From contig JAFGBN010000009.1 in NCBI GenBank assembly GCA_016933195.1, forward strand, positions 26,899 through 90,898: a stretch of DNA of 64,000 nt, in the 5' to 3' direction. The DNA is from Dehalococcoidia bacterium (GTDB taxonomy: Bacteria > Chloroflexota > Dehalococcoidia > GIF9 > AB-539-J10). The notes under the pieces are model-generated. The model was not told the origin of the DNA and searched no databases. It saw only the letters and a program-made list of their open reading frames with translations. Below, piece after piece: positions 27,988 through 36,602 of this stretch. The number at the start of each line of letters is the position of its first letter. The stretch's first letter is position 1. A program made the translations under genes and the position numbers.

Positions 27988-28295
27988 TTTTGACCTCCCA
28001 TAATCTTATCTTCCAAGTTAGTTAGCCTTGTCTCCAAGTCTGCCACCTCGACAGCCTTTAGGCCAATACTGATTAAATAACCGGCAGTCCTAGAGCGTAT
28101 GAAAACATCACCCTCTTTTGTCTCCAGGACTTCTTTTATGAGCCCCGCTAAGACAGTCAATAAGGCGTTTGCCGTCCTGATTTCCTCTGGCGAACTTACC
28201 CGTATAACCTTGAACCCGGCACCCTCACCGGCCCGTCTTGACCGCTGCCATTGTCTCTGATATTCTTTTTGTTTCAAAGCGTCTTTATATGGCAT
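27984..28295 (-). CDS. hypothetical protein
   Basis: 103-aa ORF. Its start overlaps the stop of the ATPase gene. C-terminal ETRLTNLEDKI. Confidence 0.5.
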   Translation of the reverse strand: MPYKDALKQKEYQRQWQRSRRAGEGAGFKVIRVSSPEEIRTANALLTVLAGLIKEVLETKEGDVFIRSRTAGYLISIGLKAVEVADLETRLTNLEDKIMGGQK

Positions 28296-29875
28296 TACCC
28301 ATTCACTCCATGCTTATTAAGCCATGACCACACCGCTTGTAAATGCTCAGGCTTGACGTTAGGATTAGATAGCAGCTTTTCAAGGTCAAGACAATTCTCA
28401 CCCGTCCCCAGGTGAATAACCGGAGCACCCTGCTTTCGCCACAATTCAATAACCTTTTCTACCGGCATACCCAGGACAGCCTCACGCTGGGGATTGGGAT
28501 TTACATTGCCAACGCCATTTCCTTGAGAGGCATTTTCATAGCTATTTTGATTTACGTTGCCAAAATTCTCTATATGGCAATCTTGGCAATCCAAATCCTT
28601 TTGGCCTTCTAAATCTTCTGGCAGTTGCCATTTAACCCGTGCAATGCCTCTTTTTCCGCTTTCACCCTCTCGCTTGCTAGTTATCCGCAGCTTGGACTTG
28701 GCACGGTTTAATGTCCTCTCATATATGCCCAAACTCTTAGCGTCACTGAAAACCTGCTTCGCCTCTATCGGCCCGTCTGCCAGTTCATCTCTTAGGAAGT
28801 CCACCGCCTCGTCTAAGGATGATTTGTTGTCTGTGTCCTCTGCTGATAGAATCTTCTGCCAAGTGAGGTCGCTTTCACCTGTCCAGTAAAAGCCCCCATC
28901 CGTTAACTTGTAACCGATGGCCGGGCCCGTAGGTGCGAGGTTGGACTTGATTTGCACTATCCCTCGTTTTTGGGAATTATCAGGGTCACAACCAGCCATA
29001 AGCACGGAACGGCAAGCTGCAGCCAGGTCGATACTCCCTAAGCCTCTATAAATCGGTTTAAGAGTTCCGCCTTTTGTAAGATGGCGAACAGCCAGAATAG
29101 CCACTGAATAACGCTGCGCCAAGTCTGCTAACCTTGCCATGACTGCCCTTGTCTCGTTAGCCCTATGAATATCAACGCCGGCGCCGATGTAAGCCACTAA
29201 TGGGTCAACTATCACCAGTGATGGCCTTACCGTCTCAATATACCCCTCCATGATAGCCAGCCCGCCGTTGTCAAAGTCCAGAGTGCCCTTGATAGAGTGA
29301 ATCTTGCTAGCCTCAGCCCCCATAGCATCAAGCCTTGGTCTTATAGTATCGCTTAGCCCATCCTCTGCCGATGCCAGTACTACCTTAGCTGATTCTATCG
29401 CTTCAGTCCCTGGTAAACCTTTGCCGAGGGACACAGCCGTTGTGATTGCCAGGCTCACCCATGACTTGCCAATGCCAGGGTCACCTTCTAATAACGTGAG
29501 CTTGCCTATAGGTATGTAAGGATGCCATAGCCAAGACACCGTCTCAGCTTCAACATCTGCCATGCAAACAAGGCTAACCCCTTTGTCGTCAGTTCGCCTT
29601 CCCCTTGCAAGCATTTTCTCTGCGAGTTGGGATAAAATATCTGGCCAAGGCAGGCTATCTGTGCGGCCCTCAAGTGTTCGCTGAAACGCAAATACTTTAC
29701 CACTATCTAATAGGTCAACCCGCCCTGTATGCAGAGGCCCATCCGTACCCTGCTGAAATACTTGGAGTGTGGCCACTGACCCCTTGATATTCTCTGCCGT
29801 GATTCTTATGCCTAAGTCAAGCCACGACAGATTTACAAAGTCACCCCCTCGTGCCACTGATGGTGGCCTAGCCAC
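28295..29875 (-). CDS. RepA-like / AAA_25-type P-loop ATPase (replication-initiation or helicase-like protein of integrative elements)
   Basis: 526 aa: Walker A LLEGDPGIGKSWVSL, Walker B LVIVDPLVAY, RecA/DnaB-like RHLTKGG. A low-complexity linker is followed by a C-terminal domain. Confidence 0.7.
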   Translation of the reverse strand: MARPPSVARGGDFVNLSWLDLGIRITAENIKGSVATLQVFQQGTDGPLHTGRVDLLDSGKVFAFQRTLEGRTDSLPWPDILSQLAEKMLARGRRTDDKGVSLVCMADVEAETVSWLWHPYIPIGKLTLLEGDPGIGKSWVSLAITTAVSLGKGLPGTEAIESAKVVLASAEDGLSDTIRPRLDAMGAEASKIHSIKGTLDFDNGGLAIMEGYIETVRPSLVIVDPLVAYIGAGVDIHRANETRAVMARLADLAQRYSVAILAVRHLTKGGTLKPIYRGLGSIDLAAACRSVLMAGCDPDNSQKRGIVQIKSNLAPTGPAIGYKLTDGGFYWTGESDLTWQKILSAEDTDNKSSLDEAVDFLRDELADGPIEAKQVFSDAKSLGIYERTLNRAKSKLRITSKREGESGKRGIARVKWQLPEDLEGQKDLDCQDCHIENFGNVNQNSYENASQGNGVGNVNPNPQREAVLGMPVEKVIELWRKQGAPVIHLGTGENCLDLEKLLSNPNVKPEHLQAVWSWLNKHGVNG

Positions 29876-30080
29876 TTCGCTCCTCCATGTCGGGTATCAG
29901 CGTCCTTTTCCTTAGCTCACGGCACGATTTACAGCGTTTAGGCGCTGATAACCCTTTGCTTTGGAAGTAAGCCTGCTCTCCAGCTGTGAAAACAAAACTC
30001 TGCCTACAATCGCAGCAATGGAGAACTTTGTCCCGGAAGTGATGTCTATAATCTAGTTGTCTCATACTGTCAGCCCTCAC
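29868..30080 (-). CDS. zinc-ribbon domain protein (zf-trcl-like)
   Basis: 70 aa: CCDCRQSFVFTAGEQAYFQSKGLSAPKRCKSCR, i.e. CxxC...CxxC with the FxFTAGEQxF signature. Confidence 0.6.
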   Translation of the reverse strand: MRADSMRQLDYRHHFRDKVLHCCDCRQSFVFTAGEQAYFQSKGLSAPKRCKSCRELRKRTLIPDMEERSG

Positions 30081-30088
30081 CTTTTCTT

Positions 30089-30292
30089 CTAATTCTGGAC
30101 TTCCGGTTTACCAGCGTTTTCCAGCATCTTAAGAAGTGCTGCCTTTGGAACTACGACACGATGCCCTAGCCGGATTGTAGGGATTAAACCCTGATTTGCC
30201 AGGGAATAAGCTGTTGGCCTACTAACACCCAAGAGACGACCGGCTTCTGGTACGTCTAAGGTTAGCCTTTCCCCTTTTTCACTATTGTTCAT
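30089..30292 (-). CDS. excisionase-family helix-turn-helix DNA-binding protein
   Basis: 67 aa: LTLDVPEAGRLLGVSRPTAYSLANQGLIPTIRLGHRVVVPKAAL (HTH_17/MerR-like excisionase pattern). Confidence 0.75.
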   Translation of the reverse strand: MNNSEKGERLTLDVPEAGRLLGVSRPTAYSLANQGLIPTIRLGHRVVVPKAALLKMLENAGKPEVQN

Positions 30293-30311
30293 TTTTGCCT
30301 CCGTTTGCCTC

Positions 30312-30340
30312 TTGACTTATCGTCTAGTAGGAATTATAAT
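30312..30340 (+). promoter_or_regulatory. near-consensus sigma70-type promoter TTGACT-N17-TATAAT in the island's divergent control region
   Basis: TTGACT at 30312-30317, TATAAT at 30335-30340. Bracketed by the inverted repeat gtctagta (30322-30329) / tactagac (30357-30364). Confidence 0.55.
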
Positions 30341-30412
30341 GGTAGATAGCAGGAGTTACTAGACTTACATAAAGGACTAATATATGGTTAGTTTAGGAAT
30401 AGAAGGAACAAA

Positions 30413-31183
30413 ATGACAGTTAAGGGTAAACGTGCTCACATTACACTTGACGGAAAATCACTCATTATAGCCCGTTCACTTGAGTCTCCCCCTATGCAAA
30501 GGACAAAACTGGCTGAAAGCTTGCAGACAGAATTTGAAGCGTTAGGTTACGATATACCTGAAATTGAAGTGCTAGAACGTAAGATTTCTTGGTATCGGAA
30601 TCATGCGGAGGGCGGCACTCTAGAGAAGCCCTGGAGTATGGCCGTACTCAATAATTATAGGGAATTAAACATTGAGTCCCCTACCCCAGAAGCACTATTA
30701 GCCGTGCTCAAAGTCTGGAAGCTCCGTATAGCACAAGAGCTAGGTTTTACCATTCGTGAAGCAAAATGGGCAGCCCGGTTATCAAGAGCCCTTGAAGACA
30801 TTAAAAATCTATCACGATATGCCAGTCGATACGCTCGCCTTGAATTGATATACCAGTTAATAGGTCGCCCTTTCAATACTACACAGTTAGATAAAGAGAT
30901 TATGACTATCCCTTATTCAATTACCAGTAAAGACGGTCCTGAAGGTTTATTACCATTGCTGGCAAGGCAAGAGGATGCAGTTAACCAGATTCGAAACTTG
31001 AAGCAGGGAAAAAGCGAAGGGATAACTATAGGCAAAGAGCAGCCGCCTGACGAAAGCCTAACTAAAGAGCAGATACTACAAAAATCGGCTAAGATTCGCA
31101 AAAGGATATTAAAACACCAAAAGAAATGGGAAGACTATAAAAGGGAGGTACACAATGAGGGGGCACATAACCAAGAGGGGTAG
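30413..31183 (+). CDS. hypothetical protein upstream of the integrase
   Basis: 256-aa ORF overlapping the integrase start by 29 nt. No motif recognised. Confidence 0.5.
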   Translation: MTVKGKRAHITLDGKSLIIARSLESPPMQRTKLAESLQTEFEALGYDIPEIEVLERKISWYRNHAEGGTLEKPWSMAVLNNYRELNIESPTPEALLAVLKVWKLRIAQELGFTIREAKWAARLSRALEDIKNLSRYASRYARLELIYQLIGRPFNTTQLDKEIMTIPYSITSKDGPEGLLPLLARQEDAVNQIRNLKQGKSEGITIGKEQPPDESLTKEQILQKSAKIRKRILKHQKKWEDYKREVHNEGAHNQEG

Positions 31184-32318
31184 AAATAGTTATTCTATAG
31201 CCGTCAGCTTGGGTAAAGACGCCACTACCGGCAAGTATAAATACCAGTGGGTAAGCGTTAAAGGGACTAAGAAGGATGCCGAAAGACGCCTTTCAGAACT
31301 GCTACACCAGCTTGATAACGGGACTTTCATTAAACCCGGAAGGACAACCACTGCTGAATACCTTCAAAAGTGGCTATCAGACTATGCCAAGCCTAACCTA
31401 TCACCGAGAGGCTTCGAGCGGTATGAAAGCATAGTGCGAGTTCACCTTATACCCAGCCTGGGTAACATACCACTAACACAGCTCAGGCCGGAGCACCTCC
31501 AAAAGCACTACACCTTAAAGCTTAACGGCGGCCTTAGCCCCCGGTCTATCCGCTACCACCATGTGGTGTTGCATAAGGCGTTAGAGACAGCTATAAAATG
31601 GGGGCTAGTAGTCAGAAACGCAGCTGACGGAGTTGACGTGCCCCGTGCCCGCTACACTGAGATGCAAACATGGGGCGAATACGAAGTCACCAGCTTCCTG
31701 GAGGCTGCCAAGGACAGTCATTATTATGCCCTGTTTCATACAGCACTGTTCACTGGAATGAGGCGGTCTGAACTGCTAGGCTTGCAGTGGCAAGACATAG
31801 CCTTCCACCAGATTTACGTTAATCGCTCACTCCATCACCTCTCGGATGGCAGCTATGTACTTACACAACCAAAGTCAGCTAAGAGCAGGCGGACAATAGC
31901 ACTATCGCCTTCATCTATTCTTATATTAGCAGAGCACAAGGAAAAGCAGGCAGCAATACGAGCCATGATGGGAATGCCGCTAAAAGAAGACGACTTCGTG
32001 TTCAGTGCCGCAGAAGCCAAACCTTTGCGGCCTAACACAGTTTCCAGAGCCTGGACTATGCTCGCTGCCCGTGCAGGAGTGAAGGTGATTCGGCTGCATG
32101 ACGCTCGCCACACACACGCCTCGCTTATGCTTAAGCAGGGAGTGCACCCCAAGATAGTCCAGGAGCGATTAGGTCACGCGAGTGTTCAGATAACCCTTGA
32201 CACTTATAGTCACGTTGCCCCCGGTCTTCAGGAAGCGGCGGCGGAAGGCTTTGATAAACTGGTATCTCCAAAGTATAATGAGAACTGTCAAAATGAAGCT
32301 GTTGAAAATTATTATTAG
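31155..32318 (+). CDS. int: tyrosine-type site-specific integrase
   Basis: 387 aa: N-terminal ITKRGRNSYSIAVSLGKDATTGKYKYQW arm-binding-like domain, RRSELLGL, HDARHTHASLML, LGHASVQITLDTYSHV (R..HxxR..Y catalytic pattern). Confidence 0.9.
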   Translation: MRGHITKRGRNSYSIAVSLGKDATTGKYKYQWVSVKGTKKDAERRLSELLHQLDNGTFIKPGRTTTAEYLQKWLSDYAKPNLSPRGFERYESIVRVHLIPSLGNIPLTQLRPEHLQKHYTLKLNGGLSPRSIRYHHVVLHKALETAIKWGLVVRNAADGVDVPRARYTEMQTWGEYEVTSFLEAAKDSHYYALFHTALFTGMRRSELLGLQWQDIAFHQIYVNRSLHHLSDGSYVLTQPKSAKSRRTIALSPSSILILAEHKEKQAAIRAMMGMPLKEDDFVFSAAEAKPLRPNTVSRAWTMLAARAGVKVIRLHDARHTHASLMLKQGVHPKIVQERLGHASVQITLDTYSHVAPGLQEAAAEGFDKLVSPKYNENCQNEAVENYY

Positions 32319-32395
32319 CAAATTATTAGCAAAAAGCATTTTTGCTTCCCTGGTGGCAATGTCAAAAGGGTGATTTTAGCTACAATAATTGACAT

Positions 32396-32483
32396 GGAGA
32401 GGTGACCGAGTGGTTTATGGTGCCGCTCTCGAAAAGCGGTGGGCAGCAGTGCCTCGTGGGTTCGAATCCCACCCTCTCCGCCA
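32396..32483 (+). tRNA. tRNA-Ser(CGA)
   Basis: 88 nt: ggagaggtgaccgagtggtttatggtgccgctCTCGAAAagcggtgggcagcagtgcctcgtgggttcgaatcccaccctctccgcca. Long variable arm; CCA encoded. Confidence 0.9.
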
Positions 32484-32484
32484 T

Positions 32485-32724
32485 ATGGATAAAGGACAGG
32501 CTATGGCGAAAGAAAAGGCAGGCAAAGTATTAACGAGCATAGGGTTGGCCTTGGAGGTAATTGGGCCTGCTATGACAATACATCACCGTATTTCTTATGG
32601 AAGGTGGGGTGATGGTAAAGATCCCTGTCATGGTAGGGCTGGACTTGTACTAGCAGGAATAGGAATACCTTTGTTAATAGCAGGAAACGAGCTAAATAGG
32701 AAAGAGAATAAGCAAGTTAACTAA
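32485..32724 (+). CDS. small membrane protein between the two tRNA-Ser genes
   Basis: Start moved to the ATG at 32485 (or 32503), because the track ORF start lies inside the tRNA. Two hydrophobic segments (VLTSIGLALEVIGPAM, GLVLAGIGIPLLIAG). Confidence 0.35.
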   Translation: MDKGQAMAKEKAGKVLTSIGLALEVIGPAMTIHHRISYGRWGDGKDPCHGRAGLVLAGIGIPLLIAGNELNRKENKQVN

Positions 32725-32730
32725 CTCCCA

Positions 32731-32820
<90 letters not shown>

Positions 32821-32881
32821 ACTATGGAACGTTGGCATATTCAGGAGTTGACTGAACGTGTGAACAGCGAAGGGTAATTCA

Positions 32882-33388
32882 ATGGAGAATCCAACTAAGC
32901 GCAAAGTTCGAGAAGCGGAACACTTTCTCTCCATGATGAAGCAGACACTTGAAGACGATAATACCTTCTCTTACAATCTCAGCGCCTTCCTGTCCGCTGC
33001 TCGAAGCATCACATTGTATCTGCAAAAGCAATATGCTCACCGTAATGGTTTTGCTGAATGGTATTGCACATATAAGATAAAGATGCCCGCAGACCCGGAA
33101 CTTAAATACCTGAACAAAGCCAGAGCCGATGATATTCATACAGAGTATGTACAGACTGGAATCACTCGTGAAATCAAGGTTAATTTAGGCCTACTCTTGG
33201 TTAAAGAGGGTGTTTCGGTGGCTGAGCAAGCCAAGGAACCTGAATATAAGCCAACTGCAAAGAGTAGTCCAAGAACAGTTCGGCGTTTCTTTCCAAAGTT
33301 TGAACAGGTAGACGTAATAGAATTTTGCGAAAACCAGTTGGTCAAGCTAACTAGGATAGTCGAGAAATGCGAGAATCGGTTCTCATGA
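32882..33388 (+). CDS. hypothetical protein
   Basis: 168-aa ORF directly after tRNA-Ser(GGA). No motif recognised with confidence. Confidence 0.45.
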   Translation: MENPTKRKVREAEHFLSMMKQTLEDDNTFSYNLSAFLSAARSITLYLQKQYAHRNGFAEWYCTYKIKMPADPELKYLNKARADDIHTEYVQTGITREIKVNLGLLLVKEGVSVAEQAKEPEYKPTAKSSPRTVRRFFPKFEQVDVIEFCENQLVKLTRIVEKCENRFS

Positions 33389-33454
33389 TTTTTGCCACAT
33401 GGGCTAACACGGCACAAACGGCAAATGCACAAACACTATGAAAGGAGAACTACT

Positions 33455-34150
33455 ATGAAAACAATTGGGCTTATCGGGGGAATGAGCTGGGAGTCAACGG
33501 CGGAATATTATCGAATCATGAATGAAGCCGTGAGAGAAAGGCTGGGCGGGTCTCATTCAGCGAAAATCGTAATGTATAGCGTTGATTTCGAAGAAGTCAG
33601 GAAGCTTCACTTCGAGGGAAACTGGGTTGAGGCTACAAGCTTAATGATAGATGCTGCTGGAAGAGTGGAGAGAGGTGGCGCAGACATTGTTCTCATCTGT
33701 ACCAATACCATGCACAAAATGGCAGAGGATGTGGTGGCAAGTATAAACATTCCCCTGCTGCACATAGTTGATGTTACTGCTGAGGAAATTATTCCGTTCG
33801 GTTTTAAGAAACTCGGCCTTTTAGGTTCCACATTTACTATGGAGGAAGGTTTTTATAAGGGACGTCTAAAAGAGAAATATGGTCTTGATGTTGTAGTTCC
33901 GGCCGAAGCTGAGCGCAAAGTAGTTGACAATGTAATTTTCGAGGAATTATGCTTGGGAGAAATAAAGGACTCGTCAAGAGAGCAAATTAAGAAAATTATG
34001 GAAAGGCTTATTGACAATGGCGCCCAGGGAATCATTCTAGGCTGCACGGAATTGCCTCTTCTGATAAAACAAAGGGATTGCCCCATTCCGCTTTTCGATA
34101 CCACAGCAATACATGCTGAAGCTGCTGTGGATTATGCCCTTAGGGACTAA
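33455..34150 (+). CDS. aspartate/glutamate racemase family protein
   Basis: AAAGGAG 7 nt before the ATG at 33455. MKTIGLIGGMSWESTAEYY, ICTNTMH and GCTELPLL (two catalytic Cys motifs). Confidence 0.85.
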   Translation: MKTIGLIGGMSWESTAEYYRIMNEAVRERLGGSHSAKIVMYSVDFEEVRKLHFEGNWVEATSLMIDAAGRVERGGADIVLICTNTMHKMAEDVVASINIPLLHIVDVTAEEIIPFGFKKLGLLGSTFTMEEGFYKGRLKEKYGLDVVVPAEAERKVVDNVIFEELCLGEIKDSSREQIKKIMERLIDNGAQGIILGCTELPLLIKQRDCPIPLFDTTAIHAEAAVDYALRD

Positions 34151-34168
34151 GGGGAAGAGATCTGTTAG

Positions 34169-35176
34169 ATGAGTGCTTCAGCTCGCAAAATTCCAAAAGT
34201 TGGTTTGGCCTTAGGTGGTGGTGGTGCTCGGGGCTTAGCTCATATCGGGGTATTGAAGGCCCTGGAAGAGGAATCAATTCCTATTGACATGATAGCTGGC
34301 ACGAGTGCGGGGGCAATGGTCGGTGCTTGCTATGCCAAAGAAAGGAATGCGTCTATCCTGGAGGAACTGGTGCTGGGGATAGATTGGAGAAAGATGGCTC
34401 GTCTGGTTGACCCAAACCTGTTATTGTTGGGCAAGGGGTTCGTTCATGGGGATAAAATCAAAGAGTTTGGCAAGTCCATCATCGGGGATGCAAAGTTCGA
34501 GGATTTAGAAATACCGCTTGCGGTTGTAGCTGCTGATGCTCAAACTACGGAGGAAATCGTCATCGACAGAGGCTCGGTGCTGGAAGCGGTGAGAGCGAGC
34601 ATCTCGCTGCCAGTGATATTGACACCGGTAAAGCATGGGAATAGGTTCTTGATTGATGGTGGGATAGTCAACCCCGTACCTGTGGATGTGGTTCGCAATA
34701 TGGGGGCAGAAGTGGTTATTGCTGTGAATGTGGAACCTAGTCCATTCCCCAAAAGGCAGGTCAGGCTGACCGAGGAGAAGAAAATGCCTGAGGAAACGCC
34801 AAGTTTGCGCCCTAGTAGTGTACATTTATTAGCTGTGAGGAAGAAGCTTAATAGCTTGCTGCGGGAGCATAAAGAAAGAATTGAAGTTTTCGACAGGCTC
34901 TCAAAGCTCGCAGAGAGTGCAGTCTATGAAGGCAGAGGCAGGCTGGACCCCGAGACTCCAAATATTTTCGATGTCTTGATGCACTCGTTGGAGGCCATGC
35001 AATATGAGCGGATTAGGTTAAGAATAAAAGCAGCCGATATAGTTATAAGCCCTGACGTCGGCGACATTGGAATGTTCGGATTCAATAAGGGGAAGGAGGC
35101 TATAGCTCAAGGCTATAAAGCTGCAAAGAACGCATTGCCAAAGCTGCAAGAAATGATTTGTCCCATTGCATCATGA
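34169..35176 (+). CDS. patatin-like phospholipase
   Basis: 335 aa: GLALGGGGARGLAHIGVLKALEE, GTSAGAMVGA (GxSxG), DGGIVNPVP (catalytic Asp). Confidence 0.85.
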   Translation: MSASARKIPKVGLALGGGGARGLAHIGVLKALEEESIPIDMIAGTSAGAMVGACYAKERNASILEELVLGIDWRKMARLVDPNLLLLGKGFVHGDKIKEFGKSIIGDAKFEDLEIPLAVVAADAQTTEEIVIDRGSVLEAVRASISLPVILTPVKHGNRFLIDGGIVNPVPVDVVRNMGAEVVIAVNVEPSPFPKRQVRLTEEKKMPEETPSLRPSSVHLLAVRKKLNSLLREHKERIEVFDRLSKLAESAVYEGRGRLDPETPNIFDVLMHSLEAMQYERIRLRIKAADIVISPDVGDIGMFGFNKGKEAIAQGYKAAKNALPKLQEMICPIAS

Positions 35177-35281
35177 CGTTTATAATGCTTGAGAGGTCTA
35201 TCTTGAGCACGCTCCATTGCCATGCTCATATAAGCTGTATATAATCTTGGCTAACATGTTCAGGGTAAGGAGGTAAGTAGA

Positions 35282-36478
35282 ATGGGTATGCTCAAAATGA
35301 AAATTGGTGTAATTTTCTCTGTATTGGCTATGGCAATTATGCTGAGTAGTGCTTGTGGCCCAGAAGCAGCACCTTCTCCAGCACAACCAAAACTGGAGCC
35401 AGGACCAGCACCAGGACCAGCGGAGTCAGCCGGCAATCAGCCACCAGAAATTTCAAGCCTGACGTCTGCGCAGACAGCTGTTTTACCTTTGTCCATCATC
35501 GAGGTCCGGTGTGTTGCTACAGACCCGGATGGCGATGCTATTAGTTACGAGTGGTCAACCACTGGCGGGAGTTTCACCGGGACCGGACCCACGGTCTCTT
35601 GGGTAGCTCCAGAGCATTATGGAGATTACAATGCCACAGTTACCGTTAGAGATGATAAAGGTGGTGTCGCAAAAGCCACTATAAATTTAAGTGTTGTGTC
35701 CAACCAGAACCCGCAGATTCTAAGTCTGACTGCTGAACCGAATACGGTGTTGTGCAACGGGAAATCGACGATTACCTGTGTTGCTACAGACCCGGATGGC
35801 GATACGCTGAGTTATGGTTGGAGTGCCAATTATGGTAGCATCACCGGAGTAGGTGACGCAGTTATATGGATAGCACCAGATAGGGTGGGAGAGTTTACCA
35901 TTACAGCTACTGTTGATGATGGGGAAGGTGGTCAATATGTAGCAGATGTATCAGTTGCCGTCGTTACAACTCAAGGAACAGCCACATTTACCCCTGTGCT
36001 TAATGAAACTGGCAGAGTATCCAGTAGCGGAGATAAAGATACGTCAAGGACCATGGCTGGAGATGATGTCAATGATGTTGCTTACCATGCCTTCTGGAGC
36101 TTTGACCTCTATAGCTTGAGGGGCACTGACGTACAGGATGCCAAGCTCACCTTTACTACGAAAGGAGCTGTAGTTGGCGAGCCATTCGATAAGAATACAG
36201 GGCTTGGTGGGTTACATATAGTGGCAGTTCGTTATGAACAGGGACAATTGCCCGTTTTTGACCCAGAGATATACAGCGAGCTAGCTTCAGCTATGTGGGA
36301 GCCGCCGACAGAGGATATAGATGTAACAAAATTGGTAAGGAATATTGGGCTGGGAGTTAGCGCCAGTGACCGTTTACAGGTGGAAGCTAGCTTTATACAC
36401 CAAACTAATGGTAACCATATTGCTGAATACGTTGAATGGTTATCAGCCGTCCTTACTGTCACCTACACGGAAAAATGA
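35282..36478 (+). CDS. secreted lipoprotein with two tandem PKD/Ig-like repeats and an unknown C-terminal domain
   Basis: Signal peptide with lipobox LSSAC. Two ~90-aa repeats each contain C[VV]ATDPDGD..SY.WS...GS.TG.G..V.W.AP. Confidence 0.7.
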   Translation: MGMLKMKIGVIFSVLAMAIMLSSACGPEAAPSPAQPKLEPGPAPGPAESAGNQPPEISSLTSAQTAVLPLSIIEVRCVATDPDGDAISYEWSTTGGSFTGTGPTVSWVAPEHYGDYNATVTVRDDKGGVAKATINLSVVSNQNPQILSLTAEPNTVLCNGKSTITCVATDPDGDTLSYGWSANYGSITGVGDAVIWIAPDRVGEFTITATVDDGEGGQYVADVSVAVVTTQGTATFTPVLNETGRVSSSGDKDTSRTMAGDDVNDVAYHAFWSFDLYSLRGTDVQDAKLTFTTKGAVVGEPFDKNTGLGGLHIVAVRYEQGQLPVFDPEIYSELASAMWEPPTEDIDVTKLVRNIGLGVSASDRLQVEASFIHQTNGNHIAEYVEWLSAVLTVTYTEK

Positions 36479-36602
36479 GGGGAGGCTTGATTTTTACCTG
36501 GCATACGGGTTAATACAGGGCTATAGTCACATTGCGGCTACTGTTTCTAAATATGAGGGTAGCGTTGTTGGCTTTGCTTTATTACTGCCTTTTGAAAGCT
36601 AG

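Larger units (their letters stand above)
25612..32434 (+). mobile_element. integrative element (tyrosine integrase, excisionase-like HTH, RepA-like ATPase) inserted at tRNA-Ser(CGA)
   Basis: 39-nt exact direct repeats at both ends, an integrase adjacent to the intact tRNA, mirrored 21-nt arm repeats, and a visibly AT-rich cargo region. Confidence 0.85.
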
